Source of the DNA: Felis catus
Lineage: Eukaryota
DNA length: 64,000 bases
Direction: 5' to 3'
Assembly: GCF_018350175.1 (NCBI RefSeq)
Contig: NC_058373.1
Location: 102,736,001 to 102,800,000, forward strand
The position numbers were made by a program, and so were the translations under genes. The stretch's first letter is position 1; every line of letters starts with the position of its first letter. The notes below the pieces were generated by a model. The model did no database searches, was not told the origin of the DNA, and worked only from the letters and a program-made list of their open reading frames with translations. Below are positions 1 to 11,500 of the stretch, piece after piece.

Positions 1-198
1 CCCCTTTTTGCATTTATTTTATAAGAATCCCATATATACTCACTTATCAAGGCAGGATTTCCCAGAATCCAGTGGCACAAACTGAATTCTTTGAAATACA
101 CATGAAATAATTCTAAGCACAGTGTTAATACTGTTTTCAGATAAAGCACGTGACTGAATTGGGGGCTCAGTAGAAACTGATGATTTTGATTTTCATTG

Positions 199-850
199 TG
201 ATGAAATTTAAAGTGGGGTTCATGAGTACACGCCTAAGACAATTCTTGAGATGTTTGTTGCAAAAGGTGATTTTATTAAAGCGTGGGGACATGACCTGGG
301 GGCAGAAAGAACTGCACTGGGATTGTGAGGTGTGACTATATACTTTTAAGTTGGTGGAGGGAGTGGGGGAAGTAAGTTTCTAAGGAATTTTGAAGCAAGG
401 CTTTCAGGATCTTGAAGGAACTAGCTGCTGTTAAGATAAGGTTACTTTTAGGTTTTTTTTTGTTTTGTTTTTTTAATTTTTTTTCAACGTTTATTTATTT
501 TTGGGACAGAGAGAGACAGAGCATGAACGGGGGAGGGGCAGAGAGAGAGGGAGACGCAGAATCGGAAACAGGCTCCAGGCTCTGAGCCATCAGCCCAGAG
601 CCTGACGCGGGGCTCGAACTCATGGACTGCGAGATCGTGACCTGGCTGAAGTCGGACGCTTAACCGACTGCGCCACCCAGGCGCCCCAACTTTTAGTTTT
701 TAATGAAACATAAACATTAAGGCACCAAGGCAGCAATGAGTTTCTTGAGGAAGGTCACGCTCTGCATGTTTCAGGAGTTTATCAGTGGGCTGCAAGTTGT
801 AAGGAAATTTAATTTAAGCTACATTTCTCTTACCTTTGTTTCCCTCATCA
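199..850 (-). mobile_element. Solo LTR, ERV1-like, interrupted by a SINE
   Basis: Termini TGATGA...TCATCA, 4-bp TSD ATTG (195-198, 851-854), minus-strand AATAAA at 272-277. Confidence 0.75.
453..687 (-). mobile_element. CAN-SINE, young SINEC_Fc-type
   Basis: GGGGCGCCTGGGTGGCGCAG head, (CT)n, A tail; TSD core ACTTTTAG. Confidence 0.95.
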
Positions 851-1081
851 ATTGTACATGTACTTTATATATTAGTACTGTGTTTCTGTGTTTTGGAAAT
901 ATATATTCATTGAAACTGGAAAATGAAACCACATGAGATTTGTATTCTTACATTTGTATATAATTCACCTGTCACTTTATGAGTACTTGAATAATATGGG
1001 TTTTTTTTTTTAACCCATTCAGATGATTGCTTGGTTACCTTTTCTTAATAAAACAGTAAACTCTGAGATTCTTTCTTTCAG

Positions 1082-1150
1082 ATTCTAAATGACCAAAACA
1101 AAGCATTACAGTTAGAAGTTCAGAAGCTACAGACTCTTGTTTCTGAACAG
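1082..1150 (+). CDS. KTN1: KTN1 exon, 69 nt ([23 protein letters not shown])
   Basis: ctttcag|ATT...CAG|gtaagg; phase 0/0. Confidence 0.95.
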
Positions 1151-4100
1151 GTAAGGCTTTTGTGAATCACAGGATAGAACTATCTAATATTAACAAGATC
1201 TGGTTCTTCTTAAATATTAACCAACGCATTCTTTTTGAGGAGTTTTACTTAAGGGATAGATAAGTCTTTTCATTGCATTTCTATTCATCTTGTGCTTATC
1301 AGGTGCCTAAATTAAGGGAAATAGAATTTTTCTTCCCTGAGAGGAAGCTAATGCTAACCTCCTATTTATAAGCACTTTTTAAAAAAGTGTAATAGGATGC
1401 ATAAAAAGCATTTAAGTCCTTTTGATACAGTTGGCTCTCAGGATAAAAGTCCTTACATTTTTGGAGCCTCACCTTTTTCTCTAAGGCAACGGTGGCTTCT
1501 TAAAAAGAGAGTAAGTAGGCGTAACACTTGCTATCAGCACTTAAAAGCAATTATGTTGATCAAATTGCTTAACCCTTCTGAGACCTTTCATTCCAAGTCT
1601 TTCACATTGAGATGTTATTTACATCACGAATATGTTAGATTTAAATGGGGAAGTTTATGTATAGTGTTTAGCCTGGTACTTGGCCTTTAACAGGTATCTT
1701 AAACCTTAATTCCTCTCCCTTTGGATATTTATTTTTTCATCTCCTCCCTACCCTCTACTGTCATCATACTTTGTTCTGTATTTTTGGCAAGCCATCGAAA
1801 TTATATAGTGGTCTGAGTAAGCATGGCTCCATAAACTAGAGTCCCAGGCAATGTCCATTGTATGGCTTTTCCTAAGAGTTAGTTGCCTTCAGACTTTTCT
1901 TATACATAACTCTTCAAATTCCAGTGTTAAAAATATTCTAGAAACTCTTGATATTAGATGACACATTAAAATAGAAACTTTGAATGTTGCTCTAACAGTG
2001 TTAAATTTGGGAACCTGTATTAGAAGCTGAAGTTATGATAGCACATAAGTGCAAATGATAGCACTTCCTTTCACAGATGCATGCTCTCTTTTTTATTTTA
2101 AAATTTACATTATGCGGATATTAAATTGGTTTAGCTACTAAGCTGTGCCAAATACTGTGGAAGTATTTCGTTCACATCTCTTTACTTTTCAAGAAATAAT
2201 CTACTTTTTTACTCCCCTTCTTGAATATGATAGTAAGTGCCTTGCATAATCTTTACTACTTTGTATATGCTTTATCCTTGCAAACAAAAGGCAGTAGAGG
2301 AGATAATGCTAAACTGATGATATTTAGTACAGTGCAGGGACATGACTTCATGCCACTGTAATGCTAAAGTAATATTTAAGGTTTATTCTTAAATCTTATT
2401 CTCATTTCCCTTGTGGTGGCATAGTTTATAAGAGATCTATTTCATCAAATCTGAGACTTTTCCCCCCTCATAGTTTCTGGTTACAGTTTAGCTGGCAGCA
2501 TCTAAGATTTTAGTAGCAACATAAAATACTATGTGTGAGATGCAACATTAATGAGTAGGATTAGGTGAAGTAGGATTGATAATTTTTGGTTGTGTTAATT
2601 CTTACCCAGAAAGGCAGAATGTAAATTTTGGGTTGGTTATCAGAGATTCTGAGTCACCTATTTCAATATATAAGCTTTTAAATACTTTCTAAAATTAACT
2701 TCATAGAAGGTAAAACAAATGTCTAGAAACAGATGAATCTGCCCTGGAATTCCAGTATTAAAGGTGTTGGTTACTTTCACTTACATTTAAGCCAAAAACC
2801 TGAATCTTTACAAATCTTTTAACTTTAAAATCTTTTAATATTTTAGTTCTGTACTAAAAATGTATTCTCCCTGATTAGGTAAGAACAAAATCACTAGCCT
2901 CAAATTTTTCTTTTTCCTTAAAGATTGTATGAGGATTTAAGAATTGCCATTCTAATATCTTACGTAAAATCCCCCATCATGTGTGTGAAAGTTAATATTA
3001 AAAAAGAAAATCCTCTAATTTCTACCTTAACTGAGTCAGCCTTCCACCTACTGCTTAGGTTTCTGTGTACTTTTAGATATTCTGTTAAAATGACAACCTT
3101 TAACATGTGATAGATTTTGCTTGAATGAAGAATAGTCCAATTTAATCCAAGGAACAAAAAATTTTATACCTAAATTAAAAAAATGTATTTAAAAGAATTT
3201 GATAGGAGGGAAAACTGGTACTAATTTAAGATTTTCTCTTTGGTAATTCTTAGAATTTTTCTTGTTCTTAAAGCTCTGTCTTTTAAAAATAGTTTAGAAA
3301 GCGTATAACTAGGATGGGTATGTTTTGGTTGTGGTTGTAACTTCTCTCAACTTGGCAGACCATAGAACCATCTTTGGCTTTTTCTCTGTTCATTTTTATT
3401 GCTATTGCTAGTGAAAGGAGAGAGAAAAATTAGTATAATCTTAATTTCTTTCATTTCCACCTTTTTTTTTAACCCTTTCCTACCCAGCAGTCAGAATTCC
3501 GAGTGACAGTTGAGAGATGAACAGTCTAGTTACATAAAAAAAAGTTCAGTCCTTCTGCTCTTTGGATTTTTATCTGGGAGAAAAAGATTGAACTTATTGA
3601 AACAGGAACCAGTAATGGTGCCTAGTTGTTGTTTCTTCAGGTGTAGGAAGCAGAAAGACAACAAATACCAGGTGAGGTAACCTGTTCATACACTAAAGAA
3701 GGGAAGGCTCCATTTGGATGCTGGCCTGTGGATGATGATACAAATAAATCAGTTACTAAGATCTCATTTATTCAGAATAAAATAAAGTTCTGGGGAGGCA
3801 GGGTTCTGAAGTATCTTTTCTTTTTTCTTTCTTTTTTTCTTTTTAAGCTCTTTTTAACAAAAGAGCAGGGTTTTCATTCTTATTTTGGTAGATTTTAAAG
3901 ATTTAGTGATCAGAATTATTAAGTAAAAACTATAAGGAGTAGGAAATTTTTCTTTTTGTCCTGTTGCCTGGTTGTATGTTATTGTAGAGGGATTTATTGT
4001 GTAAATTGTATTTTTGGAGAACATCTAGGGAGAACAGAATTGGATTAGATTAGGCCAATTATGTATAAAGGAAAACGGTTGGATAGATGCTAAACTGGTC

Positions 4101-7100
4101 AGTTTTTTAGAATTATTTGATGAACTGTTGACCAAGAGTATTTGTTACACTGTAACCTTGTTAAAGGAAATTGATTTCATTACATATTTATGAATGGAGT
4201 CTGTTGGATATTGTCCTACATGCTGAAGCTACAGACATGAATGAGACTTGGTTCCTGTTCTCAAGAATGTGGCTTAGTGTGGAGACAGAGGTGTCATACA
4301 GAAAAGTATGATGAATAAAATTCTTGAACTGTGGTACAGGTTTAGAGGAAGAGATAATAAATTCTATCTGGAGGAGAGTGAGGGTGAAGAGGCACCACAG
4401 AGAAGGAACAACTAAACCCGATGTTGAAAAAAATTGCCCAACTCCTGACGGGAAGTTCAAGCTAAGGGGATACAGTGTTAAAAATCATGGGAATGTATGC
4501 CAGACTGGTGTATTCACAGTATACTGGCATGTTGTGGAAGTGTAAAGTTTGAGGTGTAAGTAGAGAAAGATTGGCTAAGACCCAATTATGAAGGACTTTG
4601 TATGCTGTTTAAGGACCATGAACTTGATCTAGCCTGTTTATGGTAAACCTCTGAAGGGTATTACAAGGATGAATAAATGTTTTGTCTAACATTTTAGATC
4701 ACTCTGGTAACAATGAAGTGTTTGAATTTGTGTGGGGGAGAAGTATGTAGGACTAAAGATATAATACAATAAATGATTAAGGTGCAGATAATAGTGTTAA
4801 AAGTTTTTGTTTTTTTTTTTTTTGAGATATAATTGATATATAACAAATTAGTTTCAGGTGTACAGCATACCGACTTACATGTGTATAGAATGTGAAATAA
4901 TCACAACAGTAAGTCTAGTTAATAGTTAACATTCATCATCATGCATAGTTACAAATTTTTTGTTAAATCTTTATGTGAGATGGCATTCATCAAAAATAAA
5001 AATGGACAAAAAAACCCATCTTGATAGATTTGTAAACTTATTATATGATTTATTTTCATAGTTTATAAACCTGACTTAATATACTTTTGACAGCTCCTGT
5101 TTCTTTTCTAATGATAGGAAAGTTTTTCCCATTGGGATGTTCTTCCTGTACCCCTCACAAAATAATCCTTACAGACTATAGGCAGAGAGAAGGATTGTAT
5201 GGTATTTTGATATTTGAGATGAGTGAAACTGAGGGCCTAACCTCAGGCATTGAAGCAAAGGGGACTACTTTTAGAAATATGTAAGAAGTAGAGTCTTAGG
5301 ACTTGGATTTAGCAATGGAAAAATTAATAGTATTTGTGAAAAATGGTTACAATAAAATTGGGGGAAAAGTAAGAAACTAGCAAAATTCAAAGAGTACCAG
5401 CAGGAACTGGGATGGGCAGAAAAAATGTTCAAGGAAAAAGACCCCAAGCCTGTTTTGGTAGGCTGCTTAATTGCCTGAAGGCTTGGAAATGCCAAGGGGG
5501 AAGAAAGCCCATCTTCTGGACACAAATTATAGCAGTGGGGACTTCTGTGTTTCTGGGGAGATGCTAGAAGGAAAGTGGTTAAAAGTAGCAGTTAACTTTC
5601 ATGTTTTAATGCTTTACAAGGAAAATACATTCATGGGTTGCTTCTGCAGTTTACAGTCTGTTTTAAAACATTCTGTATGTTTTAAGTGGAATCACATAAT
5701 ATTTACATGTTAAAAGTTCATTGATTTGTACACAGGATTTTTGCACTTGCTCATATATATGTTGTATCATAGTTTTAAAGAAGTCAATTATAAGAAGAAA
5801 GAACAAAGTCTCTTTCCTGGCCTTCAAGGCTTTAGAGCTTTGGGTTTTTTATATTTGAAGAATTGAATTGATATAGAAGAAGCAAGTTCTCTTCTTATTC
5901 TTAAGGTTTTCTTTTATAGTAATTAAAAAATTATAAGGTACTAATTCATTTTGCTAGCCCATATTATGCCTATCTTTTTTCTGTGTCTTTTTTGTAATTG
6001 CTTCTCTACTGTCTTGTGTTTTCTGAATTAAATAGTTCTTTAATTATCAGCAGTCTTCAAGTGTGGATTGCCTTCCTAAATTTTGGATCTAATTAAAACT
6101 AAATAATTTTCATAGAATTCTGTTTCTGAACTAGTTTTACCTCATCAAACTTGGTAAAATTAAACTTTTTTCTTTTTTTGGTGATTTTTATTTTAGCCTA
6201 ATAAAGATGTTGTGGAACAAATGGAAAAATGGTGAGAGTTTAAAATTTTCTTTTTATATTTTAATGACTCATTTCTACCAAATTTGAGGTAACAGAATTA
6301 CTAACTATATTAATCTAGGTTGTTAAAATGCTCTTTGTACTTCATAATGGAAGAGGGTGATATGCTGTTGAGTGATTTGATTTGGGCTTACATTAGGTTT
6401 GTGGCATTATGTGTGGTGGTGATTTTGTTTAGGCTAGCTGTAAGCATGTATTACTTGAACATGTTTTACTTATTGTTAAAGAAGAAGTACCCTTAGACCA
6501 TGATCAGAGAGATCCTCACAAACCTTTGTAGAATTAAGTTTATAAGAAATGATGGACACAGGAATTGATTGATGTAAAATATTTAGCAGTAATAGCATTT
6601 ACCTTGAAAAATAGTTAATTCATATGTTTTAAATTTGTAATTTAGCATTCAAGAAAAAGATGAGAAGTTGAAGACAGTGGAAGAATTACTTGAAACTGGA
6701 CTTATTCAGGTGGCCACAAAAGAGGAGGAACTGAATGTAAAGCATTTTATAGATTTGTTTTTCTTATGGGGTAGTTAGTGAACGTGAAGGAGATTTACTA
6801 TAATTTTAGATTTTCCCCATAGCTTTTGAAACTTCATATTAGTTATCCACATTTTATGAATATATCTTTTTTCATGAAATGTAACATTTTATTAGGAATA
6901 CCAAAATGTGTAGTTGATTGTAGCATTCACTGTCTTAATGAAATAGATACTGTTTTTATGGTTTATATATGCTTCCTTTCTTCCACCCTTGCCCAAATTA
7001 TAACCAAATGATAACTAGCAGACTTCATAAGTTCATGAGGTAGTATTGGAAGCCAGGGAAAGGAGAGTCTACAGTAGCGTTTTGTGATTATCATTAGCCT

Positions 7101-8536
7101 TAACTGACTTGACTCCTTCTTTCTGGAAGAAATGTTAAAAAGATGTATCTGAGTTTAGGGGGAGAAATGACTTGATAAGTGGTATACAACATGCTGTTAA
7201 AGTGGTGGAAACATAAGCAGAAATACTTGTGGGCATAAATGAATTAAAGATCCATTTGGCTATCTCTAACGGTTAGAGAATTATAGACGTGAGTGACAAG
7301 GAGATTTCTGGACCTTCTAGAGATGGAAAGAAGCAGCTAAAGAAAAATGAGAAGGTAGGGTATTTTGAAGATAGCTAATTTTTTAGAAAGTAAAAGTATG
7401 TTGTGCTTATGTGTCTTTGTAAAAGGCAATAAGAACAGAAAATTCATCTCTGACGAAAGAAGTTCAAGACTTAAAGGCTAAGCAAAATGATCAGGTAGTG
7501 TATTCAGTAGATCTTACAACTGTTCTCTTTTAAAACAATGTTCTCTTTTAAACAATGGACAAACCTGTTTTGTTCAAATAGAGCAAATCTGTTGTTAATT
7601 CCTCCCTTCACCAGTGTGGAATTGTCAGAGTTTTCATCTGAATGATTAGGGACTTAATTAACAGTACTAGAAGCTACATTTCATTGAATGCTGACTTGTA
7701 CACCAGACACTGGGTAGAGTACTCTAGATAGGATGTCATTGCTGCTTACTACGGCAATAAAAGGTTTTGCGTATACAAGTATAATGCAAGACTCTAAGTA
7801 GCAGTAGAAGAAGCTCTCTGAAATTGGGCAGTTTCCTAGTTATTTGTTCTTTTCATGTGGTTAGAATTATTAATTGAGTAATTGTAACTTGTTATCTATG
7901 ATTTTTCTTAACTGTAAATACCCTTAAAGCTACTTACTTTCAGAGTGCTTTTCATTTTCATTATTATGACATTTAAAAAAAATCTAGAAGGAATTAATTC
8001 CTGGGTTTACTTTTCTCATTTGGATTTTGGTATAGTGGAAAATTTAAGGATAATATACTTTTCTGTTTCTGAATTCATTTATATTTTGAGCAGATTACTA
8101 AGTAGGATGCCCTCCTATTTCCAGGTTTCTTTTGCATCTCTAGTTGAAGAACTGAAGAAAGTGTAAGTAATGACCTTTTTAAACTGGTCTTTCTCTTTTG
8201 GTCCATTTTCTTAGTGCTCGTGAATCTTGTTTCATTGTGCAATTGAGACAGTTGATGTATGTTAATAGTTTAACCTTCCACTCTAGAATTTTTTGCTGGT
8301 GGATTAAGAGAATTTAGCTGTGCTTCCTTAGGGTAGTGTGGTTGCTAAAACATCTATTTCTATAATCGATTCCATTTATTTTCTGAACTTATGGCATCAA
8401 ATTATTTTCTCTTTTTGCAGTAAGAACAGGTTATACTGGATAGAGAGATCATGTACCCTCTTGAGGTGTCTATGAGTTTGATGCCATTATTGTGTAGAAG
8501 TTCTGCCACTGCTTTCAGAACTCTGGAAGCCAATTT

Positions 8537-8587
<51 letters not shown>

Positions 8588-11500
8588 TTTTTCTTTTTTT
8601 TTTTTATATGAAATTTATTGACAAATTAGTTTCCATACAACACCCAGTGCTCATCCCAAAAGGTGCCCTCCTCAATACCCATCACCTACCCTCTCCTCCC
8701 TCCCACCCACCATCAACCCTCAGTTTGTTCTCAGTTTTTAAGAGTCTCTTATGCTTTGGCTCTCTCCCACTCTAACCTGTTTTTTTTTTTTTTCCTTCCC
8801 CTCCCCCATGGGTTCCTGTTAATTTCTCAGGGTCCACATAAGAGTGAAACCATATGGTATCTGTCTTTCTCTGTATGGCTTATTTCACTTAGCATCACAC
8901 TCTCCAGTTCCATCCACGTTGCTACAAAAGGCCATATTTCATTTTTTCTCATTGCCACGTAATATTCCATTGTGTATATAAACCACAATTTCTTTATCCA
9001 TTCATCAGTTGATGGACATTTAGGCTCTTTCCATAATTTGGCTATTGTTGAGAGTGCTGCTATGAACATTGGGGTACAAGTGGCCCTATGCATCAGTACT
9101 CCTGTATCCCTTGGATAAATTCCTAGCAGTGCTATTGCTGGGTCATAGGGTAGGTCTATTTTTAATTTTCTGAGGAACCTCCACACTGCTTTCCAGAGCG
9201 GCTGCACCAATTTGCATTCCCACCAACAGTGCAAGAGGGTTCCCGTTTCTCCACATCCTCTTCAGCATCTATAGGCTCCTGATTTGTTCATTTTGGCCAC
9301 TCTGACTGGCGTGAGGTGATACCTGAGTGTGGTTTTGATTTGTATTTCCCTGATAAGGAGCGACGCTGAACATCTTTTCATGTGCCTGTTGGCCATCCGG
9401 ATGTCTTCTTTAGAGAAGTGTCTATTCATGTTTTCTGCCCATTTCTTCACTGGGTTATATGTTTTTCGGGTGTGGAGTTTGGTGAGCTCTTTATAGATTT
9501 TGGATACTAGCCCTTTGTCCGATATGTCATTTGCGAATATCTTTTCCCATTCCGTTGGTTGCCTTTTAGTTTTGTTGGTTGTTTCCTTTGCTGTGCAGAA
9601 GCTTTTTATCTTCATAAGGTCCCAGTAATTCACTTTTGCTTTTAATTCCCTTGCCTTTGGGGATGTGTCGAGTAAGAGATTGCTACGGCTGAGGTCAGAG
9701 AGGTCTTTTCCTGCTTTCTCCTCTAAGGTTTTGATGGTTTCCTGTCTCACATTTAGGTCCTTTATCCATTTGGAGTTTATTTTTGTGAATGGTGTGAGAA
9801 AGTGGTCTAGTTTCAACCTTCTGCATGTTGCTGTCCAGTTCTCCCAGCACCATTTGTTAAAGAGGCTGTCTTTTTTCCATTGGATGTTCTTTCCTGCTGT
9901 CAAAGATGAGTTGGCCATACGTTTGTGGGTCTAGTTCTGGGGTTTCTATTCTATTCCATTGGTCTATGTGTCTGTTTTTGTGCCAATACCATGCTGTCTT
10001 GATGATGACAGCTTTGTAGTAGAGGCTAAAGTCTGGGATTGTGATGCCTCCTGCTTTGGTCTTCTTCTTCAAAATTCCTTTGGCTATTCGGGGCCTTTTG
10101 TGGTTCCATATGAATTTTAGGATTGCTTGTTCTAGTTTCGAGAAGAATGCTGGTGCAATTTTGATTGGGATTGCATTGAATGTGTAGATAGCTTTGGGTA
10201 GTATTGACATTTTGACAATATTTATTTTTCCAATCCATGAGCAGGGAACGTCTTTCCATTTCTTTAAATCTTCTTCAATTTCCTTCATAAGCTTTCTATA
10301 GTTTTCAGCATACAGATCCTTTACATCTTTGGTTAGATTTATTCCTAGGTATTTTATGCTTCTTGGTGCAATTGTGAATGGGATCAGTTTCTTTATTTGT
10401 CTTTCTGTTGCTTCATTGTTAGTGTATAAGAATGCAACTGATTTCTGTACATTGATTTTGTATCCTGCAACTTTGCTGAATTCATGTATCAGTTCTAGTA
10501 GACTTTTGGTGGAGTCTATCGGATTTTCCACGTATAATATCATGTCATCTGCAAAAAGCGAAAGCTTGACTTCATCTTTGCCAATTTTGATGCCTTTGAT
10601 TTCCTTTTGTTGTCTGATTGCTGATGCTAGAACTTCCAGCACTATGTTAAACAGCAGCGGTGAGAGTGGGCATCCTTGTCGTGTTCCTGATCTCAGGGAA
10701 AAAGCTCTCAGTTTTTCCCCGTTGAGGATGATGTTAGCTGTGGGCTTTTCATATATGGCTTTTATGATCTTTAAGTATGTTCCTTCTATCCCGACTTTCT
10801 CAAGGGTTTTTATTAAGAAAGGGTGCTGGATTTTGTCAAAGGCCTTTTCTGCATCGATTGACAGGATCATATGGTTCTTCTCTTTTTTTTTGTTAATGTG
10901 ATGTATCACGTTGATTGATTTGCGAATGTTGAACCAGCCCTGCATCCCAGGAATGAATCCCACTTGATCATGGTGAATAATTCTTTTTATATGCCGTTGA
11001 ATTCGATTTGCTAGTATCTTATTGAGAATTTTTACATCCGTATTCATCAGGGATATTGGCCTGTAGTTCTCTTTTTTTACTGGGTCTCTGTCTGGTTTAG
11101 GAATCAAAGTAATACTGGCTTCATAGAATGACTCTGGAAGTTTTCCTTCCCTTTCTATTTCTTGGAATAGCTTGAGAAGGATAGGTATTATCTCTGCTTT
11201 AAACGTCTGGTAGAACTCCCCTGGGAAGCCATCTGGTCCTGGACTCTTATTTGTTGGGAGATTTTTGATAACCGATTCAATTTCTTCGCTGGTTATGGGT
11301 CTGTTCAAGCTTTCTATTTCCTCCTGATTGAGTTTTGGAAGAGTGTGGGTGTTCAGGAATTTGTCCATTTCTTCCAGGTTGTCCAATTTGTTGGCATATA
11401 ATTTTTCATAGTATTCCCTGATAATTGTTTGTATCTCTGAGGGATTGGTTGTAATAATTCCATTTTCATTCATGATTTTATCTATTTGGGTCATTTCCCT

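Noticed and set aside
453..687. tRNA-like A and B boxes in SINE heads
   Set aside because: CAN-SINEs are tRNA-derived; there is no complete cloverleaf, so these are not tRNA genes
3732..3809. Other RTGATGA...CTGA pairs (also 15602-15660, and a C box at 16820)
   Set aside because: No convincing terminal stem, suitably placed D box or recognisable guide
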